The translations under genes were made by a program, and so were the position numbers. Positions 37,792-48,060 of a stretch of DNA of 64,000 nt are shown in pieces. The notes below the pieces were generated by a model. The model had not been told where the DNA came from and made no database searches. It saw only the letters and a list, made by a program, of their open reading frames with translations. The DNA is from Dehalococcoidia bacterium. GTDB taxonomy: Bacteria > Chloroflexota > Dehalococcoidia > Lucifugimonadales > UBA1123. Within the stretch, counting starts at the first letter, position 1. Each line of letters starts with the position of its first letter. Location: NCBI GenBank assembly GCA_963664365.1, contig OY761144.1:3328535-3392534 (forward strand), written 5' to 3'.

Positions 37792-38394
37792 TTATTCTCG
37801 AATATCGACCGCGGAGAAATCGTCCAAGCCGGATCGGGAGATGCCCAGAACCCTTACCACGTCGGGATGGCCGCGATTCAGCCGTATTGCCGTGACCGGG
37901 AATGTAGGCGCGTTCGGATTCGGCACTTTGCCGGTTAGTATCACGCCGTCCTCAATCGCCTCTCTGAGCGCCTCAGACCTCGATTCGTAGGTGTCCGCCC
38001 AAATCGTACCCACCGCCGGCATGACCTTGTCGCGGAACCACTTGAGCGACACGAAGCTATAACCCGGACGGCGTTCCGCGCCGTCGAGCGCTTCGATCAG
38101 GTTGCCCAAATTCGTCGGATGAGACATGTCCTCGTGGAAATGGTCGTCATCCTCCGGGTCATGTATCTGTGGCTCAACCACTGCCGTCGTGGTTGAAGGA
38201 CGGCCTACGAATCTGATCCGGATCTCTCCTATCTCGGGCCGCCAACTCTCACGCGCCGCATCGCTGCGCTTCTTGCGGTGGTTCTCTATGAGATCTACTT
38301 CGACATCATATCCGGTCACTTGGGGCAGGTACGCCTGCACCAACGCTCCAAAGACCTTTTCCAACTCCATCCGCGTATCCTGTATGGTAGTCAT
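37792..38394 (-). CDS. Hypothetical protein (winged-helix-like C-terminal domain), possibly slightly truncated
   Basis: 200-aa ORF, FVSLKWFRD, KVPNPNAPTFPVTAIRLNRGHP. Confidence 0.65.
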   Translation of the reverse strand: MTTIQDTRMELEKVFGALVQAYLPQVTGYDVEVDLIENHRKKRSDAARESWRPEIGEIRIRFVGRPSTTTAVVEPQIHDPEDDDHFHEDMSHPTNLGNLIEALDGAERRPGYSFVSLKWFRDKVMPAVGTIWADTYESRSEALREAIEDGVILTGKVPNPNAPTFPVTAIRLNRGHPDVVRVLGISRSGLDDFSAVDIRE

Positions 38395-38461
38395 CTATCG
38401 CGCCTCCATTTATGATATGTCTCTAACATTATAGAGGTGATTGCGCCGACGTGGGGTTCAT

Positions 38462-39604
38462 TCAAGGGCCTATCGTCACCCTTTCACTCAGGCCGTTCAG
38501 CACGGAGACGGTCTCGTCGATCAAATCGGCCATGATGTCGGCGGCGGGGCGGCTTTCGTTGATCATGCCGGCGGCCTGACCGGCCGGGTTGAAGACGAGG
38601 TCGAACCTGTTGGCGCGCTCGGCGGCGCGGTTGAACCCGGACATGAGAATGCCCTGCAGCGGCATCGGCAGAGGATCCAATCCGGCCTCTTCCCACGCTT
38701 GGACGATAGGCCCCTGGTACTGTCGCGCCGTCTTCCCTGTGAAGGTGCGCGAAATCATGAAGTCTTCGGACCGTCCCCTGATTATCGCCGCTCGCTGCAT
38801 ATCGTGAAGACCGCACTCCTTGGCCGCGAGGAATGCCGTGCCAAGCCATGCGCCCTCGGCCCCCAGCGCCAGCGAGGCCGCGATTCCGCGACCATTCGCT
38901 ATGCCGCCCGCCGCGACGACTGGCAAAGGCGATACGGTATCCACGATCTGCGGCACGAGCGGCAGCGTCGCGATCCGCCCCGTGTGACCTCCGGCTTCTG
39001 TTCCTTGCGCCACCACGATGTCCACGCCCGCTTGCGCCTGGCGCTGAGCGTTCCTGACGCTTCCGGCAAGGCCCATCACCTTCACGCCCTTCTCTCGCGC
39101 CTTCGGCACGACCCATGCCGGATCGCCGAGAGCGGCGGCGAAGACCGCGACGTCCTCCTCCAAGATCATGTCCACCTGGCTGCGGGCCAGCGCGATGCCG
39201 GTCTCGGCGGCAGGTGGAGGAGGCTCGACCTTATCCAGCCCAAACTCCGCGGCCAGAGTATCGACGAACTCAGCGTGCCTGGGGTACTGCCTCCGCACCG
39301 CCTCGTACTCCGACTCTCGACTTCCAGAGCCGCTTTGAGCTTCTACTTTCCCCGTCACGACGGGGAGAAGCAGGTCCACGCCGAACGGCTTGTCGGTCAA
39401 CTCGCGCACCCTCCGAATTCGCTTCCGCAGGTCCTCGACCGGAGTCCCGGTCCCTCCCATAACGCCGAGGCCGCCTGCCTCCGACACTGCGGCGACAAGC
39501 TCCGGGGGCGTCCATTTGCCGCCCATGCCGGCGAGGCATATCGGGTATTCGATTTCCAGAAGGTCGCACAACGCGGTTCTCAAGACTGGACGGGACATGG
39601 GCAT
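38462..39604 (-). CDS. Nitronate monooxygenase / FabK-like flavin oxidoreductase
   Basis: AVSEAGGLG, QGTEAGGHTG, VVAAGGI, PAGQAAG. Confidence 0.92.
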   Translation of the reverse strand: MPMSRPVLRTALCDLLEIEYPICLAGMGGKWTPPELVAAVSEAGGLGVMGGTGTPVEDLRKRIRRVRELTDKPFGVDLLLPVVTGKVEAQSGSGSRESEYEAVRRQYPRHAEFVDTLAAEFGLDKVEPPPPAAETGIALARSQVDMILEEDVAVFAAALGDPAWVVPKAREKGVKVMGLAGSVRNAQRQAQAGVDIVVAQGTEAGGHTGRIATLPLVPQIVDTVSPLPVVAAGGIANGRGIAASLALGAEGAWLGTAFLAAKECGLHDMQRAAIIRGRSEDFMISRTFTGKTARQYQGPIVQAWEEAGLDPLPMPLQGILMSGFNRAAERANRFDLVFNPAGQAAGMINESRPAADIMADLIDETVSVLNGLSERVTIGP

Positions 39605-39802
39605 ACCTCTCTTATTGATTATCCTCAAACCAGCGGGATTGTAGGTTCGGGCCGACGAAGTGTCAATTCGAGGGCGGAGTTGTGGAACTATCGGACGCAG
39701 TCGACCAATTCGACTCGCCCTCTTGGACAAGACCACCCGGCAACCCTATACTGTCCCAGTCCCGGTTGGGGCTGCGGCAGACTACCTCAAGCGAGTGTAA
39801 CC

Positions 39803-40765
39803 ATGTACCAGTTTACAGCAGACCCGGCGCGCATCCAACAGCTCGCCGCCGAGCTCCGAGAGAGCGTTCAGAAGGTCGTGGTCGGCAAGTCCGACGTGAT
39901 AGACCTCGCCATCATCGCGCTCATCTGCAAGGGCCACGTACTCGTCGAGGATGTTCCGGGCATTGGCAAGACCACGATGTCCAAGGCTCTCGCCCAGTCG
40001 CTGGGATGCACGTTCGGCCGAATCCAGTTCACGCCCGACCTGATGCCGACGGACGTCATCGGCGTCAACTTCTACAACCAGAAGTCCGGCGACTTCCAGT
40101 TCAGGGGCGGCCCCGTATTCAGCCAAGTTCTGCTGGCGGATGAGATCAACAGGGCCACTCCCAGAACGCAGTCAGCCCTCCTTGAAGCGATGCAGGAGCG
40201 GCAAGTCACCGTGGATGGCGTCACACGGCCCATTCGCGAGCCGTTCCTAGTGCTCGCCACGCAGAATCCGGTCGAACTGGAGGGCACCTTCCCTCTGCCC
40301 GAGGCGCAGCTCGATAGGTTCATGGTGCGGGTGAAACTGGGCTACCCTACGCCCGAGGAAGAGTCCGACATCCTGCTCAGGTTCGAGCGAGACACCGTGC
40401 TGCCGGACCTGGAGCCTGTGACCGCGGAAGAAGAACTGCGGGAGATGCAGACGGCGGTCACGGGTATCAGGGTGGACGATATCGTGCGCGACTACATAGT
40501 CCGGATAGTGCAGACTACGCGAAAGAACGAGGGGCTTGCGCTGGGCGCGAGTCCGCGCGCGGCCCTCTCGCTGTACAAGACATCCCAGGCCCACGCCGCG
40601 CTCGACGGCAGAGACTTCGTTACGCCGGACGACGTGAAGTCCATGGCCGAAACCGTGCTGGCGCACAGGCTGATATTGACATCGAACGCCAGACTCAGGG
40701 GCCGCCTGCCAGAGCAGATCGTGGCGGAGATAGTCAACTCGGTCCCAGTCCCAATCGAGAGGTAG
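39803..40765 (+). CDS. MoxR-family AAA+ ATPase
   Basis: EDVPGIGKT, RIQFTPDLMP, DEINRATPRTQSALLEAM, PLPEAQLDRF. Confidence 0.95.
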   Translation: MYQFTADPARIQQLAAELRESVQKVVVGKSDVIDLAIIALICKGHVLVEDVPGIGKTTMSKALAQSLGCTFGRIQFTPDLMPTDVIGVNFYNQKSGDFQFRGGPVFSQVLLADEINRATPRTQSALLEAMQERQVTVDGVTRPIREPFLVLATQNPVELEGTFPLPEAQLDRFMVRVKLGYPTPEEESDILLRFERDTVLPDLEPVTAEEELREMQTAVTGIRVDDIVRDYIVRIVQTTRKNEGLALGASPRAALSLYKTSQAHAALDGRDFVTPDDVKSMAETVLAHRLILTSNARLRGRLPEQIVAEIVNSVPVPIER

Positions 40766-40771
40766 CGGAGG

Positions 40772-42007
40772 TTGTTCAACCGGTTCTGGCACGACATTTG
40801 GACCCTCATGTTCGTGCTGCTCATCATCATCGGCGTCATTGCCGGTCAGGGACTCGTCATCGGGCTGGGAGCCATGGGACTGCTGGTCGCGGGCGTGTCT
40901 TGGCTGTGGAACCGACTGGCGCTTGAAGGACTCGAGTATCAGCGGTCGATCGAGCAGACCAGGATATTCTTGGGGGAGCAGACCAAGCTGACCATATCGG
41001 TCGCCAACCGCAAGCCCCTGCCGATAGCAAGGCTCGACGTCGAGGACGATTTCCCCGAAGAGATCGAGTTCACAGACTCTCAAGTAGATGCCAGTTCAAG
41101 TCCGATGATGTCCGCCCTGCGCCACCGCACGTCGCTCGCATGGTACGAACGGATTAAGTGGGACTACAACATCAGGTGCGGAACGCGCGGATTCCACAGA
41201 ATAGGCCCGGCCAGGATGGAGAGCGGCGACCTGTTCGGCTTCTTCTCCTGCCAGAAGTCGGAGCGCAAGAATGACTTCCTGCTGGTCTATCCTAGGGTAG
41301 TCCCACTTCCGGAGCTTGGAATGCCCGCCGTGCGCCCGCTGGGAGAGACGCGCGGAGGAATAACCATCTTCCAGGATCCGTCTCGCCCGTCGGGGCTGAG
41401 GGAGTACCAGATTGGCGACCCTCTGAAGATAGTGGACTGGAAGTCCACCGCGCGTATGCAGCAACTTCAGGTCCGCACATTCGAGCCGAGCTCGTCTTTC
41501 ACCGTGATACTGGTCGTAGTGGTGGAGACCTCCGAGCGCTCATGGGAGGGTTACTCTTCGGTCAACTTGGAGCGGGTCATAACGGCGTCCGCTTCGGTCG
41601 CGAGCTACGCTGCGTCCCAGCAGTACAGCGTCGGGCTGTTCTCGAATGGGACGCCGATACTGACAGACCGGCCTATGAAGCTGGAGCCGGCGAGCAGCCC
41701 GGAGCAGTTGACCGTGATCCTGGAGGCGCTCGCCACTGTCAGGCCGCTGCCCATAGGCCCGATGGCGCCGCAGCTTGCCCAAAACCTCAGACAGTTCCCC
41801 ATCGGCTCGACGCTGGTAGTCATCGCGGCCCTGCTGTCCGAAGACCTCGTCGCGACCATCGCCGACCTCAAACGGCAGGGTTACCAGGTCGTCCTCATAT
41901 TCGTCGGTGACGCGGAGCCGCCGGAGATGCCGGCGGGCGTCGTCCTTCACGACCTCAGAAGGTTCTTCGAGAACATGGAGCTAGCCGGTGAGTTCGGCCC
42001 AAGATAG
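40772..42007 (+). CDS. DUF58 family protein
   Basis: LVYPR, GLREYQIGDP, VDWKSTAR; follows MoxR. Confidence 0.92.
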   Translation: MFNRFWHDIWTLMFVLLIIIGVIAGQGLVIGLGAMGLLVAGVSWLWNRLALEGLEYQRSIEQTRIFLGEQTKLTISVANRKPLPIARLDVEDDFPEEIEFTDSQVDASSSPMMSALRHRTSLAWYERIKWDYNIRCGTRGFHRIGPARMESGDLFGFFSCQKSERKNDFLLVYPRVVPLPELGMPAVRPLGETRGGITIFQDPSRPSGLREYQIGDPLKIVDWKSTARMQQLQVRTFEPSSSFTVILVVVVETSERSWEGYSSVNLERVITASASVASYAASQQYSVGLFSNGTPILTDRPMKLEPASSPEQLTVILEALATVRPLPIGPMAPQLAQNLRQFPIGSTLVVIAALLSEDLVATIADLKRQGYQVVLIFVGDAEPPEMPAGVVLHDLRRFFENMELAGEFGPR

Positions 42008-43394
42008 GATTGTCCTAGCCGCGACAGTCGCCGTCGAGAGCGTATGGTTCTACGCGGCGTTCTCGATCCTCGCGCTTCTGATGTCCCTGCAGGGGAGTCC
42101 GATGTCATGGGTCGCCGCCGCCGCCATAATGGGCGTGTCCCTCACCGTGGCGCGAACGCTCTCGCTGGTAATCATGCCCGTCTGGATGCCATACGTCGTT
42201 CAGATGGCGCTCGGCGCATTGACGATCTACCTCACCCTCGGCACACAGTTGCAGTCGGCCGGGCAGGGTTTCGATCTTGGCTGGATCGCGTCCGTGCGCG
42301 CCGATGACGCTGCCGACCACTATACTCGTTCCGTCGCGCTTGCCGGACTATTCTCAGCCCTGATCTGGTGGAGGGGCGGGAGGGTGGCCGCGACGGAGTT
42401 CCTGCTGGATCAGCTATCGTTCACCTTCAGAATGGGCCTGATCGTGCTGTCGGTCGTGGCCGTGGTTGACGTGCTCCACCCGGCCGACCTGAAGATGTTC
42501 CCCCTCATGTTCGTTTACTTCGCATCGGGGCTGATCGGCCTCGGAATTGGCCACATCTTCCCGGCGGGCGGCTGGACTGGTCTCCGGCAGAAGTGGGGCC
42601 GCGTCATCGGCGCTGTCGTGGGCGCGGTCATGTTGGTTGGGCTGCTGTTCAGCCTCCTGCAGAAGGGAGCGTTGAGCTTCATCACGACGCCGCTGGGCTT
42701 CGTGGTGAATGCGCTGGCGATAGTCGTCTTCTACGTTGTGATCATCCCCATGGTGTACATAATCGAGTTCATCGTTAGCGGGTTCTTCTGGCTCATCGGC
42801 CAACTTGTAGGCGAGCAGCAGGGGCAGGAGATCGAATTCGAGGGGCGATTCGACGACATGCTAGAGGATATCCGGGAGGAAGTGATCGACTCAGGCCCTT
42901 CGATCTGGGCCGAGATACTGGAATGGACAGTCATAACGATCATCGTGCTCGTCGTTCTGATGGTCTTGGCGGTGGCGTTCCGGCGGACGATGCGGTGGCG
43001 GCGGACCGATGAGGATGGCGAGAGAGAATCGCTGATCGAGGGCGCCGACCCGGCGCTGGACATGGCCCGGCTCCTCTTCGACCTGCTCCCCGAACGCTTC
43101 AGGCGCAGAAAGGCGGACGATAGTCTCCGGCTGCCGGACGATGAGCAGAACATCGTGGACGTGTTCAGAGTCTATTTCGGGATGATAGACCACGCGGAGT
43201 CCAGGGGGCTAGTCCGCAGGGGAGAGCAGACGCCTTCGGAGTTCCAGGCGTCACTCGTAGAGATCTTCCCCGAGAGGCTGGTCAGCATGGCGACCGCCGC
43301 GTTCAATCGCGCTTGCTACGGTCGCCGGCCTGCCTCAGCCGACCAGATAGCGGAGATGCGCCGGATGTTGGAACAGACGATGGGGGCGAAGTGA
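41988..43394 (+). CDS. DUF4129-domain membrane protein
   Basis: Many TMs; C-terminal RRGEQTPSEF...FNRACYG. Confidence 0.85.
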   Translation: MSSAQDRIVLAATVAVESVWFYAAFSILALLMSLQGSPMSWVAAAAIMGVSLTVARTLSLVIMPVWMPYVVQMALGALTIYLTLGTQLQSAGQGFDLGWIASVRADDAADHYTRSVALAGLFSALIWWRGGRVAATEFLLDQLSFTFRMGLIVLSVVAVVDVLHPADLKMFPLMFVYFASGLIGLGIGHIFPAGGWTGLRQKWGRVIGAVVGAVMLVGLLFSLLQKGALSFITTPLGFVVNALAIVVFYVVIIPMVYIIEFIVSGFFWLIGQLVGEQQGQEIEFEGRFDDMLEDIREEVIDSGPSIWAEILEWTVITIIVLVVLMVLAVAFRRTMRWRRTDEDGERESLIEGADPALDMARLLFDLLPERFRRRKADDSLRLPDDEQNIVDVFRVYFGMIDHAESRGLVRRGEQTPSEFQASLVEIFPERLVSMATAAFNRACYGRRPASADQIAEMRRMLEQTMGAK

Positions 43395-44212
43395 GCGCGA
43401 TCGAGTCCAATCTGGTCCTCTGGCAGATGCTGATCTTGACCGCCGTGTCTTTTGGCGTGGGGATTTTGGGCGGATTCGTCGGGCTGGCGCTTGGCACGAT
43501 GCGATTGCCCGCAATGCTGCTGATGGGAATGCCCGCTGCCGCCGCGGGCGGCACCAACATACTGGTGTCCAGCCTCGCCTCGCTGAGCGGCGCGCTCAGA
43601 CACCTCCGAGAGGGGCGGGTGGACCGCCGGATCGTGCTGGTCATGGGAATCCCCGCCTTCGTCGGCGCGTTTCTTGGCGGCTTCGCCAGCGACTTCGTGT
43701 CAGAGCGGCTGCTGCTGGCCGCCGCCGGCGCGTTGGTGCTGTGGCAGGGCGTCGAGTTCCTTATTCTGGTGCGCAACCGCCGCAGGACCGGCGGGCCGCA
43801 CATGTTCGGCTCAGACCTGGAAGGGGCGGAGGGCGACTTCACCCCCAAGAGAATGTCTTTGGAAGCCGGAATCGGTTTCGGCGTCGGAGTCTTGGGCGGA
43901 GCTGTGGGGCTAATCTTGGGAAGCATACGACTGCCCGCGCTGGTACGCATACTGCGCGTGGAGCCGCGGACCGCCGCCGGGTCGAACCTTTTCATCGGAT
44001 TTTTCATGGGGTCGCTCGGCTGGGTGGGCCACGTCACGAGAGGCCATGTTGACTACCCGCTCCTCGTGATGATGGGAGTCGCGGCGATGATCGGCAGCTA
44101 CCTCGGCGCGCGCCTGACCGGCAAGGTGCAGCTAGACACTCTGATACTGGCAATGGGCTTCGTGCTGATGGTCGTGGGCGCACTGCTGATCTGGAGAGGA
44201 GCCGCGGGATAG
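43391..44212 (+). CDS. TauE/SafE sulfite exporter family protein
   Basis: Two repeats GILGGFVGL / GVLGGAVGL, multi-TM. Confidence 0.85.
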   Translation: MSAIESNLVLWQMLILTAVSFGVGILGGFVGLALGTMRLPAMLLMGMPAAAAGGTNILVSSLASLSGALRHLREGRVDRRIVLVMGIPAFVGAFLGGFASDFVSERLLLAAAGALVLWQGVEFLILVRNRRRTGGPHMFGSDLEGAEGDFTPKRMSLEAGIGFGVGVLGGAVGLILGSIRLPALVRILRVEPRTAAGSNLFIGFFMGSLGWVGHVTRGHVDYPLLVMMGVAAMIGSYLGARLTGKVQLDTLILAMGFVLMVVGALLIWRGAAG

Positions 44213-44218
44213 CACGTG

Positions 44219-44584
44219 TCAGATGGCCCGTCCCACTAGAATGCCCGCAAGGGCCGCAATCAAGCCGACCGCCATGCTGCCGACGATGTTCAGCGCGGCG
44301 CGCGCTATCTCGCCCGACTCGGCAAGCTGAACGGACGCGACGGTCAGCGTCGAGAAGGTGGTGTACGATCCCAGGAACCCGACGGCGATCAGCAGCCTTG
44401 TGGATGAGGGCCAGTCTTGACCGGCTGAGACAGCGACGAACACCCCAAGCAGAAAAGACCCGGTGACGTTGACGAGAAATATCCCAAGCGCTGTCGGGCC
44501 GATCGCGGCCTCGACAGCGCGATCGATGGCGTACCTGGAGACGGCGCCCGCCGCGCCGCCGACTGCCACTATGAGGAAGGGCAT
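44219..44584 (-). CDS. crcB: Fluoride channel Fluc/CrcB
   Basis: GGAAGAVSRY, VNVTGSF, GFLGSYTTFST. Confidence 0.93.
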   Translation of the reverse strand: MPFLIVAVGGAAGAVSRYAIDRAVEAAIGPTALGIFLVNVTGSFLLGVFVAVSAGQDWPSSTRLLIAVGFLGSYTTFSTLTVASVQLAESGEIARAALNIVGSMAVGLIAALAGILVGRAI

Positions 44585-44649
44585 GGCGGCTTAAGTATCC
44601 AGGGGTAAGAATCAGTCGGTGGTTTCACAGTTGAAGCCCTCACAAGCTC

Positions 44650-45297
44650 CTACCTACCACTAGGACTTGGTGTTACGGTTGCCAGTTGATTGTCCATAGC
44701 AAAGACAAGTTCTTCCACGGCATGACACAGGCGGCGAAAAGAGCGAGACCTGCTTTGCGCTAATGCAAAGTCAATGTGATAAGTCATGCTCTCTTGGTCG
44801 CCCGTCTCTCGGTAGGCGCGATTTGCGGGCATGTGGTTAGTAAGCCACCCTTTCGGGTCGCGAACGTCTTCGATGTTTTTGGGAGCCGTAACCGTCTCGG
44901 AAATCTCAAGTCGCTCCCTAATTTTCTGGCCGGTGTTCTCTGAAAGCATGCATATGAACCAAGTCTCGTACTCGTGCTTTGCACACGCGACCGCCACGGG
45001 GACATCGAGATTCAACGGAATCACCCTATTGACGATGGATACGGCAAGTTCAGTTGGGCATTCAGTATCGGCGTCTACCAGTACCAGAATCGCACTACAC
45101 TCCTCAATTAAGGCGTATCTCAAGAACATCTCCAGCTTCTTATTCAGATTTGACTTGCTTCCCAAGGCTTTGGCTTTGGCAACGGTGATGTCATATCTGT
45201 TGAGCCGTTCTCCTAGGATCCTCCGCAGCAGTCCGGGGACGGCGGTCCTGTCTCCCGGACCTTCCACTATCGCAATAAGCTTGGGGGGCGCAGTCAT
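44650..45297 (-). CDS. DUF4276 family (TOPRIM-like) protein
   Basis: IVEGPGD, LVDAD, HEYETWF, DPKGWL, SRSFRRL. Confidence 0.85.
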   Translation of the reverse strand: MTAPPKLIAIVEGPGDRTAVPGLLRRILGERLNRYDITVAKAKALGSKSNLNKKLEMFLRYALIEECSAILVLVDADTECPTELAVSIVNRVIPLNLDVPVAVACAKHEYETWFICMLSENTGQKIRERLEISETVTAPKNIEDVRDPKGWLTNHMPANRAYRETGDQESMTYHIDFALAQSRSRSFRRLCHAVEELVFAMDNQLATVTPSPSGR

Positions 45298-46544
45298 CAG
45301 TTCCTAAAGTCCGGTTCAAGTCCCTCCAGCCGGTGCAACTCACCCGGAGAGAATAGATTCCGCTTTACTGCTTCCGCCTGAGTTCGCAAGACGGATCCAA
45401 CTTCAGTACCGCCTTCTACCAACTTCACGACCCGCAGTTGATCGGTTGATAACCGGTCTATGAGGTCAGGGCTGTGAGTGGTGACCAATATCTGCGAACG
45501 TCTTGAAGCTTCCTGCAAGACGTCAGCGAGCGCCGCTAGCGCGCCTGGGTGAACTGTCAACTCAGGTTCTTCTATCCCAATGAAGCTAACATAGGGTTGC
45601 TGGTATAGGGCGACCAACAGTCCCAGTAACCTGAGAGTCCCATCGGACTCCTGGCTCAGATCAAACCAGGGATTGGCTCCCCTGTGCGATGTGTTGGTGT
45701 GCCTTAGCTGAGTTACTAAGTACCTTCCAGCCGGCGTCACTCGCAAATCCGTCACGCCCGGAACCAGCACCTTGAGGGCCTGTTTGATCGGTTCCACGTC
45801 TTCAGGCGATTTCTTTTGCATATCCCTTAGGACCGACGCCAAATTCTCTCCACCCTCGCTAAGAGGGTATGGGGACAACAGAGTTTGAGGTTGTCGAAGG
45901 GTGTTCGGGAATATGTGGTAGCAGCGAATCTCGGAGAGAACACGACGGAGACGTATCAAAGCGGAGCGCATCGCTAGACGGGGATCTTCGCGATCTCTAC
46001 CTAGAAGTCTGAAAGGGGGCAATCTGACCAGAGTCGGCATCGCTAGGCTGGTCGTCTCGAAGTCCTCCTCCTCTTCAAGGTTCTGATTGTCTGTCAGTAG
46101 CCATTTTGGAGAAACGACATTGCCGTTCTTGATTTGAAAATCTGAAGATACCTTGCTGTCGTGGAGTCCACTAATCTCGCCCCGTTCCTCCCTGACTCTG
46201 TAACCACGATCTGGGTCTCCGGCAACGATAAACTTGTAATCTGTGGAGTAAGTCTCGGATTTGACCTTCAACCCAATCTCGATATTGAACGGCCGACCGC
46301 CGCGTTGCCAGCGTCGGATTCCGCCTATACCGTCTCGGGAAGTGAGAGCGGAGTCCAGACTCACACGGACTGCTTCGCCGACGAACCTTAACGCGTCCAT
46401 CACGTTGCTCTTGCCGGAAGCGTTTGGTCCGACAAGCGCAGTGAGGGGGGTCAATCTGAGCGTAGCGTCGGCGACGCTACGAAAGTTTTTGACCCGTAAC
46501 TCCGTGATCGGTGATCTTCGTCTAGTTCTTGTTGGTCTATTCAT
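45297..46544 (-). CDS. ABC/SMC-type AAA_21 ATPase
   Basis: VKNFRS, GPNASGKSN, ESDGTLR, IEEPE, TTHS. Confidence 0.92.
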   Translation of the reverse strand: MNRPTRTRRRSPITELRVKNFRSVADATLRLTPLTALVGPNASGKSNVMDALRFVGEAVRVSLDSALTSRDGIGGIRRWQRGGRPFNIEIGLKVKSETYSTDYKFIVAGDPDRGYRVREERGEISGLHDSKVSSDFQIKNGNVVSPKWLLTDNQNLEEEEDFETTSLAMPTLVRLPPFRLLGRDREDPRLAMRSALIRLRRVLSEIRCYHIFPNTLRQPQTLLSPYPLSEGGENLASVLRDMQKKSPEDVEPIKQALKVLVPGVTDLRVTPAGRYLVTQLRHTNTSHRGANPWFDLSQESDGTLRLLGLLVALYQQPYVSFIGIEEPELTVHPGALAALADVLQEASRRSQILVTTHSPDLIDRLSTDQLRVVKLVEGGTEVGSVLRTQAEAVKRNLFSPGELHRLEGLEPDFRN

Positions 46545-46565
46545 AACAGCATCCTCGGTGCCTGC

Positions 46566-47897
46566 TCATATCATCCCCATCTCCCTGATCTCCCGCAGGG
46601 ACTGCTCATAGGCGTCCAGCGTGTGGGCGATGTCGTCCTCGGTGTGGGCGGCGGTTAGGACGAAGCGGTTTCCGGCCTGGACTCCGTGGTTCAGGAGCGA
46701 CAGGTTGAGTTGGCGCAGGCGTTCAGGCTCCATCGACTCCGCCATCTGCTCCGGCGTCAGAATGCAGTAGTCCGTATCTCCCTCGTAGTCCACTCCCAGG
46801 TGCAGGAACATGAGCGAGGAGATTCCGGCGGCGCAGCCCGGAATCTCCAGCCGTCCCAGTACCTCGTTCAGGCCGTCCTTGAGCTGCGACGCGCGGGCGT
46901 CCGCCGTGTCGTTGATCGGCTCGTTCGCCACGATCTTCAGCGCGGCGATGCCGGCAGCGGCGGAGATTGGGTTCGCGTTGAAGGTGCCGTTGTGGGCGAT
47001 TCGGCGGTCCCGGTTGAACTCCTCGTCGCCGGGCCGGGCCTCGATCATGTTGATTATATCGGCTCTGCCGCCCACCGCGCCTCCGGGAAGTCCGCCGCCC
47101 AGAATCTTGGCAAACGTGGTCATATCCGGCCTGATGCCGAAATACTCCTGTGCCCCGCCCCTGGAGACTCGGAACCCGGTCACCACCTCGTCGAAGATGA
47201 GCACGACGCCGTATCGCTCCGTCACCTCGCGCAACTGGCGCAGGAACTCCGGCAGAATAGGCTCAAGTCCCATGTGCGCGCCGGTAGGCTCTAGGATGAC
47301 CGCGGCGATGTCGTCGTTCTCTTGGAGCGTCTTCTCGAATGTCTCGATGTCGTTGGGCGGCAGCACGATCATCGTGCTGAGCGTCTCCCGCGGTATGCCT
47401 CCGATCCCCTCGGAACCGGCGACAAGGTAGTCGCTCCAGCCGTGGAAGTGATGATCGAATTTGATCACCTTCGACTTGCCGGTGTAGGCGCGCGCCATGC
47501 GAATCGCCATCATGTCGGCCTCGGTGCCGGAACTGTGGAACCGCACCTTCTCCGCGCTTGGGACCAGTTCCTTTACCCAGTTGGCCCACTCTATCTCCAA
47601 CTCGGTGGAGCCGGAGAAGTGCGTTCCTCTGCCCATCTGATCCTGGACCGCCTCGACGACCTCCGGCCTGGAGTGGCCGAGAATCAGCGCGCCGTGACCG
47701 GGGAAGTAGTCGAGTATGCGGTTGCCGTCCACGTCATACTTGGACGCGCCCTCCGCGTGGGTGTAGTACAGTTGGAACGGGTCCTGGCGACGGGTGTCGT
47801 GGGTTACGCCATTCGGGAAGATCGGCCGGGCGGAGTCGTGAAGCTCAGCCGACCTTGGGTGGATCTCGAAAAATCGCCGCTCGATTAGAGTGGTCAT
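46566..47897 (-). CDS. Class III PLP aminotransferase (GSA-aminomutase-like)
   Basis: SGTEA, FHGW, LIFDEVVTGFR, FAKILGGGLP, GTFNANP. Confidence 0.9.
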   Translation of the reverse strand: MTTLIERRFFEIHPRSAELHDSARPIFPNGVTHDTRRQDPFQLYYTHAEGASKYDVDGNRILDYFPGHGALILGHSRPEVVEAVQDQMGRGTHFSGSTELEIEWANWVKELVPSAEKVRFHSSGTEADMMAIRMARAYTGKSKVIKFDHHFHGWSDYLVAGSEGIGGIPRETLSTMIVLPPNDIETFEKTLQENDDIAAVILEPTGAHMGLEPILPEFLRQLREVTERYGVVLIFDEVVTGFRVSRGGAQEYFGIRPDMTTFAKILGGGLPGGAVGGRADIINMIEARPGDEEFNRDRRIAHNGTFNANPISAAAGIAALKIVANEPINDTADARASQLKDGLNEVLGRLEIPGCAAGISSLMFLHLGVDYEGDTDYCILTPEQMAESMEPERLRQLNLSLLNHGVQAGNRFVLTAAHTEDDIAHTLDAYEQSLREIREMGMI

Positions 47898-48060
47898 GAT
47901 TCTCACCTTCTCGAGGCCCGCATCGGTTCGGGCGCAGGTTGAGTGTATTATATCCTCTCGGTTCTCAGATGCAATTCATGGTGTTGACCCTCTTGCCCAC
48001 TTAGGATAGACTCGCAACGTTCATCCCGGCGATAGTTTTCCGATTCATTGGAGGCGCAAA

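Noticed and set aside
38441-39802. 454-aa N-terminal extension of MoxR in the ORF track
   Set aside because: Antisense shadow of the nitronate monooxygenase gene; MoxR similarity starts at ATG 39803
44585-44650. Fluoride riboswitch upstream of crcB
   Set aside because: No recognisable GGCGATGG...CTGATG-like motif seen
46566-47897. hemL assignment
   Set aside because: Divergent N-terminus (GVTHDTR rather than GVNSPVR) and no tetrapyrrole context
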